Origin: Bugula neritina
Taxonomy: Eukaryota; Animalia; Bryozoa
Length of the DNA stretch: 64,000 bases
Assembly (NCBI GenBank): GCA_964035545.1
Contig: OZ037773.1
Span: 7,221,751-7,285,750, forward strand
Direction: 5' to 3'
Under the pieces are notes generated by a model, which was not told the origin of the DNA, did not search any database, and saw nothing but the letters and a program-made list of their open reading frames with translations. Within the stretch, counting starts at the first letter, position 1; every line of letters starts with the position of its first letter. The position numbers and the translations under genes are program-made. Below, one piece after another: positions 1-11,700 of the stretch.

Positions 1-14
1 AGAATGATTGAATA

Positions 15-275
15 GAGAGACAGTATAAAGTTATTTAGATATAGTATAGAGTTATTTAGATATATTATAGAGTTATTTAAAGATAGCATAAAGCACTTTA
101 GAAACAGTATAAAGTTATTTAGTGATGGTATAAAGTTATTTAGGTATAATATAGAGTTGCTTAGATATAGTATAAAGCAATTTAGAGACAGTATAAAGTC
201 GTTTAGAGACAGTATAAAGTTATTTAGAGACAGTATAGAGTTATTTAGATAAAATATAGAGATATTTAGAGCTAT
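15..275. repeat. Degenerate 21-bp tandem repeat (agagacagtataaagttattt) in a CCDC91 intron
   Basis: About 12 diverged copies visible directly, ending about 35 bp from the exon donor at 309. Confidence 0.85.
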
Positions 276-309
276 ATTGTAACTAATATATAAACTAACA
301 GATCTGTAC

Positions 310-1342
310 TTCTGTTTCTCTTCTAAAGCAGTTTGCAGCTGAGCCTGCAGATCTTTAGCTAGTGCTGTGTCTACAACTGGTGTTGAAGATAGTTTCACAC
401 TCGCCTTCTACAATATGATAACATCTAAAGAAGATTAGAATATTTAAGCTTCTAAGAACTAAATGAGAGCAAAGAATTTTAAAAAAAAAGAGTGGAGCAA
501 AAAACCTCTGAACAATTAAAAGAACTTCGTTGGTAATAAGCTAATCAGCTGCTGTCGAGTTGTAATAGCAAAAAATATAATCAATGCATTTTGTCAAGAA
601 AAGAAAAAATATATTTTTAATTATATTTCAAGACTGCTTTCCTGTGCTGCAAAACCAATACTATGTTTCTGCATTTTTTAAGTCTTCTAGTTATTGATTT
701 TGTAAAATTTTAAAACCTTGGATGTCACAATGAAATTGTCTGGGCAGTTTTAAACTATAGAGACATCAGCTACATTCATTTGCTGATTTCTGGTTGAAAT
801 GTAATTACATGATCACTAATCCTCCTTCAGCTATCAAAAATAACAGAAACTAGATGCAGGAAATTGAGACATGGCAACTGAAAGCAAAACAAAGTTTTTC
901 GCACACATCAATACATACTATACGCAATAAATAATAATTTATACTAGAATATAATCACCTCTGCCTTATCTTCCACATGTTCATCTTTTGACCAGTTTAT
1001 AGAACTCGAAGATGATAAATCGGAAAAGGCACTGGTAAACAGAGATTCTACAATATTTCAAATTTAAAGCTACATCACAAGATCTCCATTAATGAACTGA
1101 ATAAATTGTACGTTAAACAAACAATAAACAACTAGAGTACCTTTCGTGTTGGATACGGTTTCGACAGCAGATGGACTTGGAGAGTCTTTAGCAGAAGCTT
1201 GGAGACTGGCAGCAAGCCAAGGAATTGCTGACACATCTGGTGTAGCACTGGAGGTCACTTCCAATCCATGTTCTACATCAACAGCCGGGTCAAAGTCTGT
1301 TTCAGCAACTTCAAACCCTCCAAAGTCATCATCGTCATCCAT
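310..1342 (-). CDS. CCDC91: Coiled-coil domain-containing protein 91 (GGA-binding partner p56), 5' part; gene runs off the left end
   Basis: Exons 1342-1141, 1047-959 and 407-310 have GT-AG sites and consistent phase. The N-terminus MDDDDDFGGFEVAETDF...SAIPW matches CCDC91, including the DFGGF GAE-binding motif, and leads into a coiled coil (LAKDLQAQLQTALEEKQ). An acceptor at about 1364, just upstream of the ATG, implies a non-coding first exon further right. Confidence 0.85.
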
Positions 1343-3387
1343 ATGCCTACCAGTATCTGGTGACTAAAATTAAAGAAACATCAAAACGTGTACCTGTGGC
1401 TGTATTGCAGTCATTCATACTGATACTCATACCGATTAAGATCAACTTCTAAAATAAAAATGAATCTTTATATTGAAAGTTGATTTAGCACTATCAAATT
1501 CATTATCATTAAACATCGTAAGCATCCAGGTTATTTTGATAAAATCAATTACTGTTAATTAAAAGATCATACTTTTTTAGTAGCATTCACAAAATATATA
1601 CAAAAAATCTCAACTCAATATACCAGAAAAAATGAATTAAAATATATGTGTTAATAGCACTGATATTGACGTGACCGTGGCGCATGAAAAATCTGAAAAA
1701 AGAGTTGTCTTCTTTTTTTCTATATTAATATATAGAGCTTGTCGTGAAAATAAAAATTTTTTTAAAAAAATATTGTGACCCTCTGGTAACTTCCTGAATT
1801 TAGAAAATTAGCTCATATATTTCTTTTCATGTGGACAACAGCTCACTTTTTTTTAAATTTATTTTGAAGCTCTTTTCGTAAAAAATAATCAAAAGTAAAA
1901 AATCCAAAATTTTTACAAATTGGTTCGGGGCTTGACGTGAAAGGCATTTGGACGAAGATGTCAAGGTCACCATTAATAAATTTATTTCATCACAATTCAC
2001 AATACTGCACGGAAAGTTAATGAAGTGAGCTGAAAATTAGGTTGCTAGCATATTGATATACATTATATTGATTGTTGCAGTATTATTTTTTAAATTTGTT
2101 TTGTTATCAGTTATGTTTAACTTCTTCATAGAGCTGCTGTTAGACTAAGAGTAAGACATAATATTAGCAACAATGATAATAATAATATTTATATTAAATT
2201 AAAATTATTATTAAATTCACGGTGAAGTATCACTATCACTATGAGTATGAGTATCGTATAAATTAATTATGAGTATGAGTATCACTATGACATTAACTCA
2301 ATCAATGATTGACTATTACTATGAATATGAATATGGCTTCTAATTCTTGTAACTTTTGACTATGACGATGCTGATACTGATAGTGATAGTGATAATCACT
2401 GCCAGCCCAAGTCTCATACTCATAGTGATACTATTAGTATTAATAATTAGTATTACTATTAGTACAACTACTAGTATTACTCATAGTTCTGATAATGATG
2501 CAGATGATAGTTTTAAAAGTTCTACTTCTACTTTTATAGTAAGCTAGATTGTATATGTTGAGCTCTACTCATTTTTTACTACTAATTTGCTAATACTAAT
2601 AGTAATAGTAATACTAATAATAGTTATAGTTGTTATAATGATAGTAATACTAATAGTAATAATAACTATTTCAATTTGATAATTTATGTTTTATAACAGC
2701 ATTATCGCTTATCATTTACATTGGTTCATAATATGCTTATTTTAATTTTGCTTTGTGTGTTTTGTCATGTTGTAAATTTAAGTTCGTATGGTTATTTAAT
2801 GAACTAGAGAACTAGCCAAATGTTATGTAACGGTTGCAGTAATTTACTATAAACTCAGTGAAATTTAAAACCTAATTGATATTACTATGACATTGATTGT
2901 ACAGAGGTAGCTAAAATATACATTAAATTACCAATAATTTTAATTCGCCAATACACTATGAGTAGAACAATCAAATGCAATGATAGAAAATTAATTAGTC
3001 ATAGCAGCCCGTTGCTTGAGGAACATTGAGCTACAGGTCTAAAATGATGTAGTTTTGTGATCCCTTATATAACAAAATAATTTTTTCAAACTGGTTTAAT
3101 ACTTTTATTATAAACACGCTTATCAAAGTAACATGTTTTTGATGTATATTCTATTAAAAAAGCAATCACATCAGGTTTTCAATTTGTATGTTGTACAAAG
3201 TTTATTATGGTGACAAGTTACTAAATTATATGGTTCAGCTTTGTAAAGTAAAGCTGATAAAATAAAAACAATTATGTGATTGTTTTACTGCTATATATTA
3301 AATTTAAGTGAGTTGAATAATATCCTAGTGCAGTGAATTAGATATTTTTTTAGCTTTGGTACACCTGTTTGTTATAGGCTAACATTC

Positions 3388-3972
3388 CACCAATAGAAGA
3401 ATGGTGCAAGTAGAAGAAATTTCAGGCGCAGAAAGCTAAGGAGCAGTCAGAATGCTGCCAGAGTTGTGAAGAGGCACTTGAAAAAGCTGAATTTCAATAA
3501 TGACATGAAATTCGTAACAGATCACCCTGGTGTATTTGAACTGACATGGCCAGCAGAGTTCTCGAAGTCACATACAACAGCTATTTACATCATCATGGTT
3601 AGCTTAAATTTAATTCCTATATCAGTCTCTAATATATAGTTTGATATCTGCTGTAAATTTGCTTAAGGAGCATACACATAACCAAAACTGAGTTACACTA
3701 TAGTATTTGTTCTTGAATATATTTACCAAGATAAGTAGATTTGCTAATTAATTAACAGTAAAATTATAATGATACAACAATTTTTCTTTTAGATGATTCA
3801 ATCAATAACACAAGACACTACAACATGGTTTTGCAGTTATAGAGTATTAATTTTCTGGCTCTTTCTAAATCTTCATAGAAGGCAAAGAAAACCACTGTCA
3901 GCTTGCCTTTATAACTGAGTGCACGCGTCTTCCACCTACAGATGATGATAAACAATTTGCTGGTGTGGAACT
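3388..3972 (+). pseudogene. Decayed KolX / P2X7-C-terminal-like gene of the Kolobok element
   Basis: Pseudo-translation with stops and frameshifts: [23 protein letters not shown] / FVTDHPG / [14 protein letters not shown], an intron at about 3597-3792, then [28 protein letters not shown]...PPTDDDKQFAG. This follows the KolX motif order WC..CC..TxHPG..VL..Y..YR..W..R.PL.AC..FP..G. Confidence 0.75.
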
Positions 3973-4089
3973 TTCTAATTTTGTTTACAATGAAGATAGA
4001 TTATAGGACATTATTCTTTATGTAAAGATTGTCAAGTTTTGTTATAATTAAGAACAGTTTTAGTTTCAATAAATCGGTTCAACATTATG

Positions 4090-6550
4090 GACATCATTGC
4101 ACAAGCATTTTAATCTTTACTATCTACAAAGGTATCTGATGGACTACTTGAAAATACAAAACTATGCTCCAGATACACAATGAACTGACCAGCAAAGTTA
4201 AAATGAGTTGGAGATGTAGAACATAATATCTTGTTCAAGGCTTTTCCCTGCTGTTGGAACCTTCTACTTCAGAACACTGAATTGAACAAACATATGTAGA
4301 TGTATGAAACTTTGCAAACAATAATAATGTGAAATTAGTTGCTAAGTATTACATTGCTAATAAATACAGCATTGTGTAATGTTTTATTTAATTTTTTTTG
4401 AGCCATTTGATCTATAGGCCTGCATAGTATTTACTATATTATAACTAATAAATTGCAGACACATTATGTCAGACCAGTTTCCATTTAAATAGAATCGTGT
4501 AGGCTATCAAATTTGTAGAAGTAAAAAACCGAATTCTTATTGAGTAAAATACTTGCCTTTTTTTTCATGATGCCTCTACTGCTAAAAAGAGAAGTTTTTA
4601 TCCATACAGCTCCATCAATCTGTATCCTGATGAAGCTAGTAGTTTAGGAACATTTGTGGCGGGGAGTGTAGGCTGAGCTGCAGTATAGGAAGAACCCCAA
4701 CATATGTAATCTATTCAGCACATTATATGTATATTTATTCAAAAAAGAATTTAGAAAATGCTTTATGAAGCATGAACAAAGTAAAAATTAATGCTGGTGA
4801 AAGTAATATTATTACACCCATTAGAATTACTAGCAGCTATAGCATTAAAATTATGTATTTTCATAAAAATGTGTCTAATTTATGCTACAAAGTTATTACT
4901 GCCAAAGGTTACAAAATTTACCAGTCACATTCATGCAGCTGGCGGAGAATAACTAACTTTCACATGCAATAAATACAATTAGTAGCTCAATCTAAAACTA
5001 ATGCGCTATTAAATGTTAGGAGTATAAGTTATAGTTATTCTAAGGAATAATTGCAAAAAAGTTACTTAGAGGAATTTAACTCTTATTATAATGTAATTAT
5101 CTTCCAAGATATATTACAACATCACTACTTGGATGCATACAATGTCATATTTATATTGGCATCAACATAATTTTCAATAATTTCCAATCTATTAACTTGA
5201 GCATTATGATTGTGATTATTTTATAAATAAGGCGATGATTAGGCACTGTTGGTATTTTGGTTCAATTTATTAATAGCTGTAACAGGCAGAGTTGTAAATA
5301 TAATGGATATATCAAAATTCCAATGGGTATAGTACTCTAACACAACATTGATACTAATAATTGTAGCCACTTACTCTTAGAGTTAGTGAATAATGATACA
5401 GTCATAACAATCTGAATTTCAATCAGCATTAGAGATAGGCTGACTGCTTTATAATATTATAGTTATGTCAAATTGAATTTATTCACTATAACTATAAAAT
5501 TTATGATTATAATTATAAATTAAAATAATTTAAATATTATATAATATATTGATAATTATTGGAATCATAATTATATTTATTGTTATGATCATTATGATTA
5601 TAATTATTTAATATTATCTTTGTTTGTATTTAAAGTTGTTCCTTAAATTTAAAGTTGTTTAAGTTTTATAAATTTATTATAATTATATTACTGTATAAGT
5701 ATTGCTATTATTATTAGTATAATTAAATTATTATAATTTATATTTTATTATTTATATTATTATTTATTTTACTTTTTATTTTAAGACCAGCAGTTCAAAT
5801 TAATACTTGTGTCGTTTGTTTTATATTATAACTTACAAGTATAACTATTAACATAATAATTTTACATTTGTTATTAGTATTACTATGAATATAAATATTT
5901 ATATTAATATAAATATAGCTATTGGTATAACTTATACTTATAGTTATAACTAATATTATAAGTATTAGTTTCGAAACTGATTCTGCTCCGTAACATTAAC
6001 ATACTGATACTGTCATATGATTATCATTATGACTGATAATAGTATTAATAAATATAACCATTGAATATTATTAATAATAGTTCACCAATAGGCGACAGTC
6101 ATAGACTTAGAGTTAGAGTGAGAGTCATAGACATAGTGATAGACTAGTGATACTCATAGTCATAGTCATACTGATACTGTGATTCAGTTTCACTGATTCA
6201 GTTACAAATTTTAAAACTTGGTTTTACGTAGACAACTACTAACCTATAATTCATCACAAAACGGTTGAAAATCATCATTTACTGCATATTTAAGAGTAAT
6301 TTTCTGGTAGTGTGGTCGACATGATAATTGAAATTAAAATAGGGAAAATAATTATTTTGTGATTTACAGCAAGTTACAAACTAGCGAAATGGAATAGTCC
6401 ATTTGAAAACAGTCAAATTAGTTACCTTTCTTGATGTTGCGTAGCTAACGTTAGTTATTAGTAGCCGCCCGAAGAGTAACATTCATGTGATTTGAACTAC
6501 GAATAACGAGAATCTGTGACAAACCCGCTTCTTAATAACTTTACGCGATA
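4090..6550 (-). pseudogene. Truncated, decayed Kolobok (THAP-type) transposase fragments
   Basis: At about 4190-4140 a frameshifted [15 protein letters not shown] resembles the Kolobok C..GH...WSSQP motif. At about 4700-4555 AAQPTLP...RGIMKKR resembles the THAP C-terminal AVPT / R..KR segment. A first-exon-like block with a donor lies at about 6425. No catalytic DDE region is visible. Confidence 0.5.
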
Positions 6551-8778
6551 TAAACTCACGCTACAATAGGGCTATTTTGCCATCCCCACGTCAGAATAGG
6601 ACACGGAGGGCACGCTCGCGGGCAAGTCTGGGCAAGTCCAAGACACCTAATATGACCACTTTTACTTACATTTTTGTAGTGTTTTCGTATAAGAAATTGG
6701 ATAAAATGTTGATAAAACAGTTGAAAAGCATGCAAACTTTTGCTCAAATGTAATAAATAACCTGGAAGCTTACCGCCTTTAAGAATACCACTATCAGACA
6801 ATATCAATAATCAGTATGAATAAAACGAAAGATAACAGACTATTGCTAGTACTATTACATTTACTATTAGGCTACTATTAGTATTGGTATTACTATTACT
6901 ATTAGTATTAATATAATTATTACATTTACTGTTACACTTACAGTGTGAGTGTTACTGTTAGTGTTAGACAGTTACACTTACTGTTAGTGTTAGCAAATAA
7001 GAAGTAAATTTAGTTTTACTACAAATATAAGTTTAACTTTAAGTCTAACTTTATAGTTATTAACTATAAAGCTATATTTAAACTAAAACTTGAAGCCTGA
7101 AGGCTGAAGCCGAAGCTGAGAAGCAGTGATTGTCTCATTCACATTGTCATTGTGATTGTGATTGTGAAGGCTGAGGGATTGAATTTGCTTCAATTAAATA
7201 TCAATGATTATTGCAATTGAGTAATGCGAAAATTCTGTGTAGACAACGAATCAAAAGATACAGAAGCTATTTACAGAGCTTTAAATGCCACCTACCTTCA
7301 AAAAATGTGTATAAAATCAGTGTGATTTAACTTTTAAAAATAATTTATAATTATACCCTCTCACATTGCAGGAAGCTGAAAATTGTTTTATTGGCTGCGA
7401 GCATAGCCTCTGTCTTAAACGCACAAATAGCCACGATCTTTCCTTGAAATAAACTCGCAAGCGCTGGAGCTACAAGAAAACAACTCCTAATAATAAACCA
7501 CAAACACTTTTAGAGCTAATTGCATATTTCACGTATATTATAATTTATATATATATATATATATATCTACCAATGAACTACAACCAAATATCTCTAGTTC
7601 AGTTTTGTATACCCAAAACCTCCAACAAGTTAGCCAATGATTTTGTACATAAAATATTGTTTTTCGTGAAAGGGTATATTATGTGTAACACTTACCACTA
7701 ATGTTTGTGTTAATCTGGTGTGGAGTAAAAAAGTTTTCACTAATTTGAAGCCGGCCAAGATTGACATCGAATCTATATAAGGTTCACGATCTCATATTAT
7801 ATAGAACAAGCCACAGGGATTTGTTTATTTCAAAAACCAAAGTAAACCTTGAAAACTGGAGATTGTACGCAAAGATGAATTTAAATGAGGTCAGACAACT
7901 CAATGACCCAAATATAGATGTTTAAACTCACCTGGAAAAATAAGAATCGCTGTATCACAAAAATTATTTTGGAAAGGCGGTTTAGTTTAGTTTTCTAACT
8001 CATTATGAGTAGTTATAGCTCACAACATGTCAAAAAGTCGATTTACTGTACTTCATACTTCATAACATTTGCAGCAGCAAAATATTATGTAGCTAGATGC
8101 TTTTAATAAATTATACACAGGATAGAGGTACCCTGTTCAGTATGAAGTGAGCTTCAGTCAACTCAATGCTGATATGAAGTTTTTCTGACGGTGAACACTG
8201 CAAGCTAGTTTGGTGTCATGGGATTTCAAATATCCAAATAAATAAAGCACTTTTTAACAATGTATAATATATTATGAGCTGAATAAAAAAATTAGGTTAT
8301 ACTATTTTCAAGATTGTTTTTACAAATATATAGAAATTAAGAGCAATTACTATATACAGAAATATTGTGTAGTATTAATACTTACAGAGGATAAAAAAAA
8401 TATATATCTTACTAACCCATATAAAATTAATTTTAGGAAATGCACACAAACCAAAAATAAACTTTACAAAATTATTCGAAACTTGAAAATTTGTTGACAA
8501 GATGAACTCTAAACTTCTAAAAAATATCCCAATTTAAATATAGAAGGAACTGCATGGCACAAGCTGTTAAAATGGTAAAAAGAATGCCAGAGATAAAAAA
8601 TATGACAAGGCATGAAAAAGTAAAACATGAAATGCAAAACTACAGAATAAAAAATTCTCCAACCCACAGAGCAAGCAGTAAAGTGCTAAGTAAATTTATA
8701 ATAAAATAATATGAATTTTTAAAGAAAGGAAAGGCCCTGAAGTCAACCATCTGAGAGTGAACAAATAGATCTCAAGAT

Positions 8779-11700
8779 TCAGTGATAGTCAGTAAACACC
8801 TGTAACAGAGATATTCAGTGATACAATAGTTCGAGTAATTGATTAAGACAATATTTTAGTAGCATTTGAATGAAATCCATGGAACGTCATAATAACATCA
8901 AATAAATTACTTCAGATTCAAAAAATGAATTAATGATGATGCAATATACTTTTTCTTAACTTATGGCTAGACCTGAACTATTAGGATTAACAAGTATATT
9001 CAAACATGAGCTGTTCGAAACCATCAACCGTGCCACTACTACCGCCGCTTCCGTCACTGTTACTACTACTACTGATACTAGCACTACTATAACTGCTAAT
9101 ACACCGCCATCAGGGCTAGGTGACAGAGTACACAGTTAATCAAGCTATGGGGGGGGGGGGGGGGGGGAGAAGAATCACTATTTTATGACTCACCATTCCT
9201 GGATGGTTAAACTCTATCTCAGATGCCAGGGACACAAGTTTTTGCAAGCTATCCTGTGATTGGTTAGTTGAAAGGGACACCAGTGAAGGAGATGAAACTG
9301 TAAAAAATAACAGAAAACATTCATGAAAATATTAATACATATTTTGAACATGAAATATTTTGAAGAGTGTAACATTGGGTTGTGATAAGCCTCAGGCACC
9401 CGTCAAGTATTTGCTACGTCTCTGAACCACCCCTTAGTAACTCAAGTGATGCTAAAAAGCTGAATCTACATTAGCCAGGATTATGTAGAAGAAACGATCA
9501 CAAAGTAATCTGGTTTAATTTTGAAAAACATTAGAATTCACTTCCGGTTAGAAAATTGCTTAACAGAAGCAAAGTGGAAAAATACTTTGTGATGATCACA
9601 TGACTAAATAAAGCACATCGTACGCTGGCAGCAAGTAAACAGAAGTAGATGACTGACCTATGAGCTCACTATCCAATGACCTCGCTGACTCAGATGTGAC
9701 TAGCATTGAGTGGTTATCTTCAGGACTTGTAGACAAGCTGCTGCCAGGCTGCTGCTGAGTAGGCAGCCTCAATGGCAGAGACTTGTCCGCCAGAGGCTAC
9801 AAGATTTTAGTATTTTATTATATTCAGGAAAATATTTAAAACATTCAGAGTTCAAACAAATGAGGCTTTTTAATAGACTGAGAGTCAACCACACGACCTG
9901 AAACTTTGGGAACAGGGTCTATTGAAAAAAACAGGTATATAATGTTTTTAGATATGTTGCTTAGATAAAATAACAAAAAGAAAAAACGGCAATTGTGCAT
10001 TCTTTAAGAGTTTTAGTAGCGGTTTTCTTGAACATAATCGAGTAAAATTAAAATGCACCGAAAAAGTTAAACTTACCAAAAGCTTCATACATTATATTAA
10101 AGTACATACTGGTGCATCCTGGGTAATTTGATTCTGGCAGACTTCCATGAGACTTGAAAAATCTTCAAAGTGATTCACATCAAGGAAATCAGTTGCAGCT
10201 GAGTCATCTACTAACAAAAAATTAAATTTATGTGATTTATCATTACTACCGCTGCTACCACTACTACTACCACTACTACTACCACTACCACTACTTCTAC
10301 TGCTACTACCACCACTACCACCACTACTACTACTACTACTGCTACTACTACTACTACCACTACTTCTACTGTTGCTACTACTGCTACTACTACTACCACT
10401 ACTTATACTACTGCGACAACTAGTACTAACATTACTGGTGCAGCTGAATGGCTGAGCCCAGATTAGACTAATGAAGTTACTAAAACTGAAAACCTAAACT
10501 AAGTCTATCAAACTGAGTTCACAAACACAGTAAAAGCTGTCAGTTGAAAAACTCACAGCTTCCTCTAATCTTTTCCGTGTCTTCCTTCGACTTTAAATCA
10601 TCTCGAAGTCTCCTAAACGTCTTCAATGCTTGCCTGCAATTATAAATCAAATTTTATTTTCTAGAACTTTCTACAGCATGTAAATTGTACACACTATTAT
10701 AACTTCTATAATGTATTGAATATATACCAATAGTAAACCTATTACATGCTTACATCTCACAACCCAGTCCTATACTTACTAAACACTTACATTTCCACCA
10801 ACTTGCCACAGTTGGACCAATGATGAACGGCGTCATCGTCTATGGTGTCTCTTATATCATCATAGACTATGTTAGACTGAGTGTCAAGGACTTTCTGTAA
10901 GCATACATCAGTAATAGCTTCGTTACATACACTCAATAACATGTGTGTACAGCAATCACTCAGACTAATAATAAAATCTCAATACTAAATAGACTAGAGA
11001 ATAAGTTGCTTGCTAGAAAATTCACTATAAAAATAATAAGATTACTGGTTGTTAGTTTGCCAGCATAATACAAACAAATAGACTTGTGAGAAACTCTGCA
11101 TGCGATACTAAGTGCTACCTAGGAGTTATCCCACCATTATGGGAACACAGCACAAGACAACACACAGCATTCTCACACCTTGGTATATCCGTTCATCAAC
11201 TGCTGGGCATGGCTCATGGTAACCTCCTCCAGGTCGTTTGCCAGAGAAGAGCTGATCACCTCCGTCTGGTTACGGCACGATGGATCTGTCATAGTATGAA
11301 CTCTGCACCAGAACTGACCTGCAGCACACAAACAACGGCATGTCTATTGCATCATCACTTGGCAATACAAGATGACATGTGATCAACACCTGGTCTAGTG
11401 ATATCATAATGGCTATTACAGTTTAAGCAACAGCATCATAGCGAAAACATATGACATCATAGCGAAAACATATGACATAGCGAAAACACACGACGTCAGA
11501 GAAAGCTTAAAGACGTGACATCTTGATGCAAACACTGGATGCCATAGTGTTGAGATGGACACATAATGTGAGTACATAGAATGGTGAATACAACCATATC
11601 TATGTCTCCTACACAGAGGTGGTGGTTACCTAGGTTAGAACCGTCAAAGGCTGGCTCTGGTGGCTCATTCTGGTCCGGCAAATAAAAAGTGGGAGATGAC

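Larger units (their letters stand above)
1513..6778. mobile_element. Kolobok-superfamily DNA transposon, non-autonomous, copy 1
   Basis: TTAA at 1509-1512 and 6779-6782. Imperfect TIRs: ACATCGTAAGCATCCAGGTTATTT versus (reverse complement) AGGCGGTAAGCTTCCAGGTTATTT. Contains convergent relics of KolX (+) and a transposase (-). A near-identical copy lies at 30666-35749 with different flanks. Confidence 0.9.

Noticed and set aside
2356-2547. Hydrophobic 63-aa ORF as a secreted or membrane peptide
   Set aside because: An Ile/Thr/Leu-rich by-product of the hexamer lattice; the frame is disrupted in copy 2.
1513-6778. 5-kb duplicate as an assembly error, segmental duplication or piggyBac
   Set aside because: Homology stops exactly at TIR plus TTAA at both loci, the copies differ by SNPs and indels, the ends are not piggyBac-like CCY, and a KolX relic is present.
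10211-10423. Poly-Val and poly-Tyr/His ORFs
   Set aside because: Translations of a (TAC)n microsatellite.
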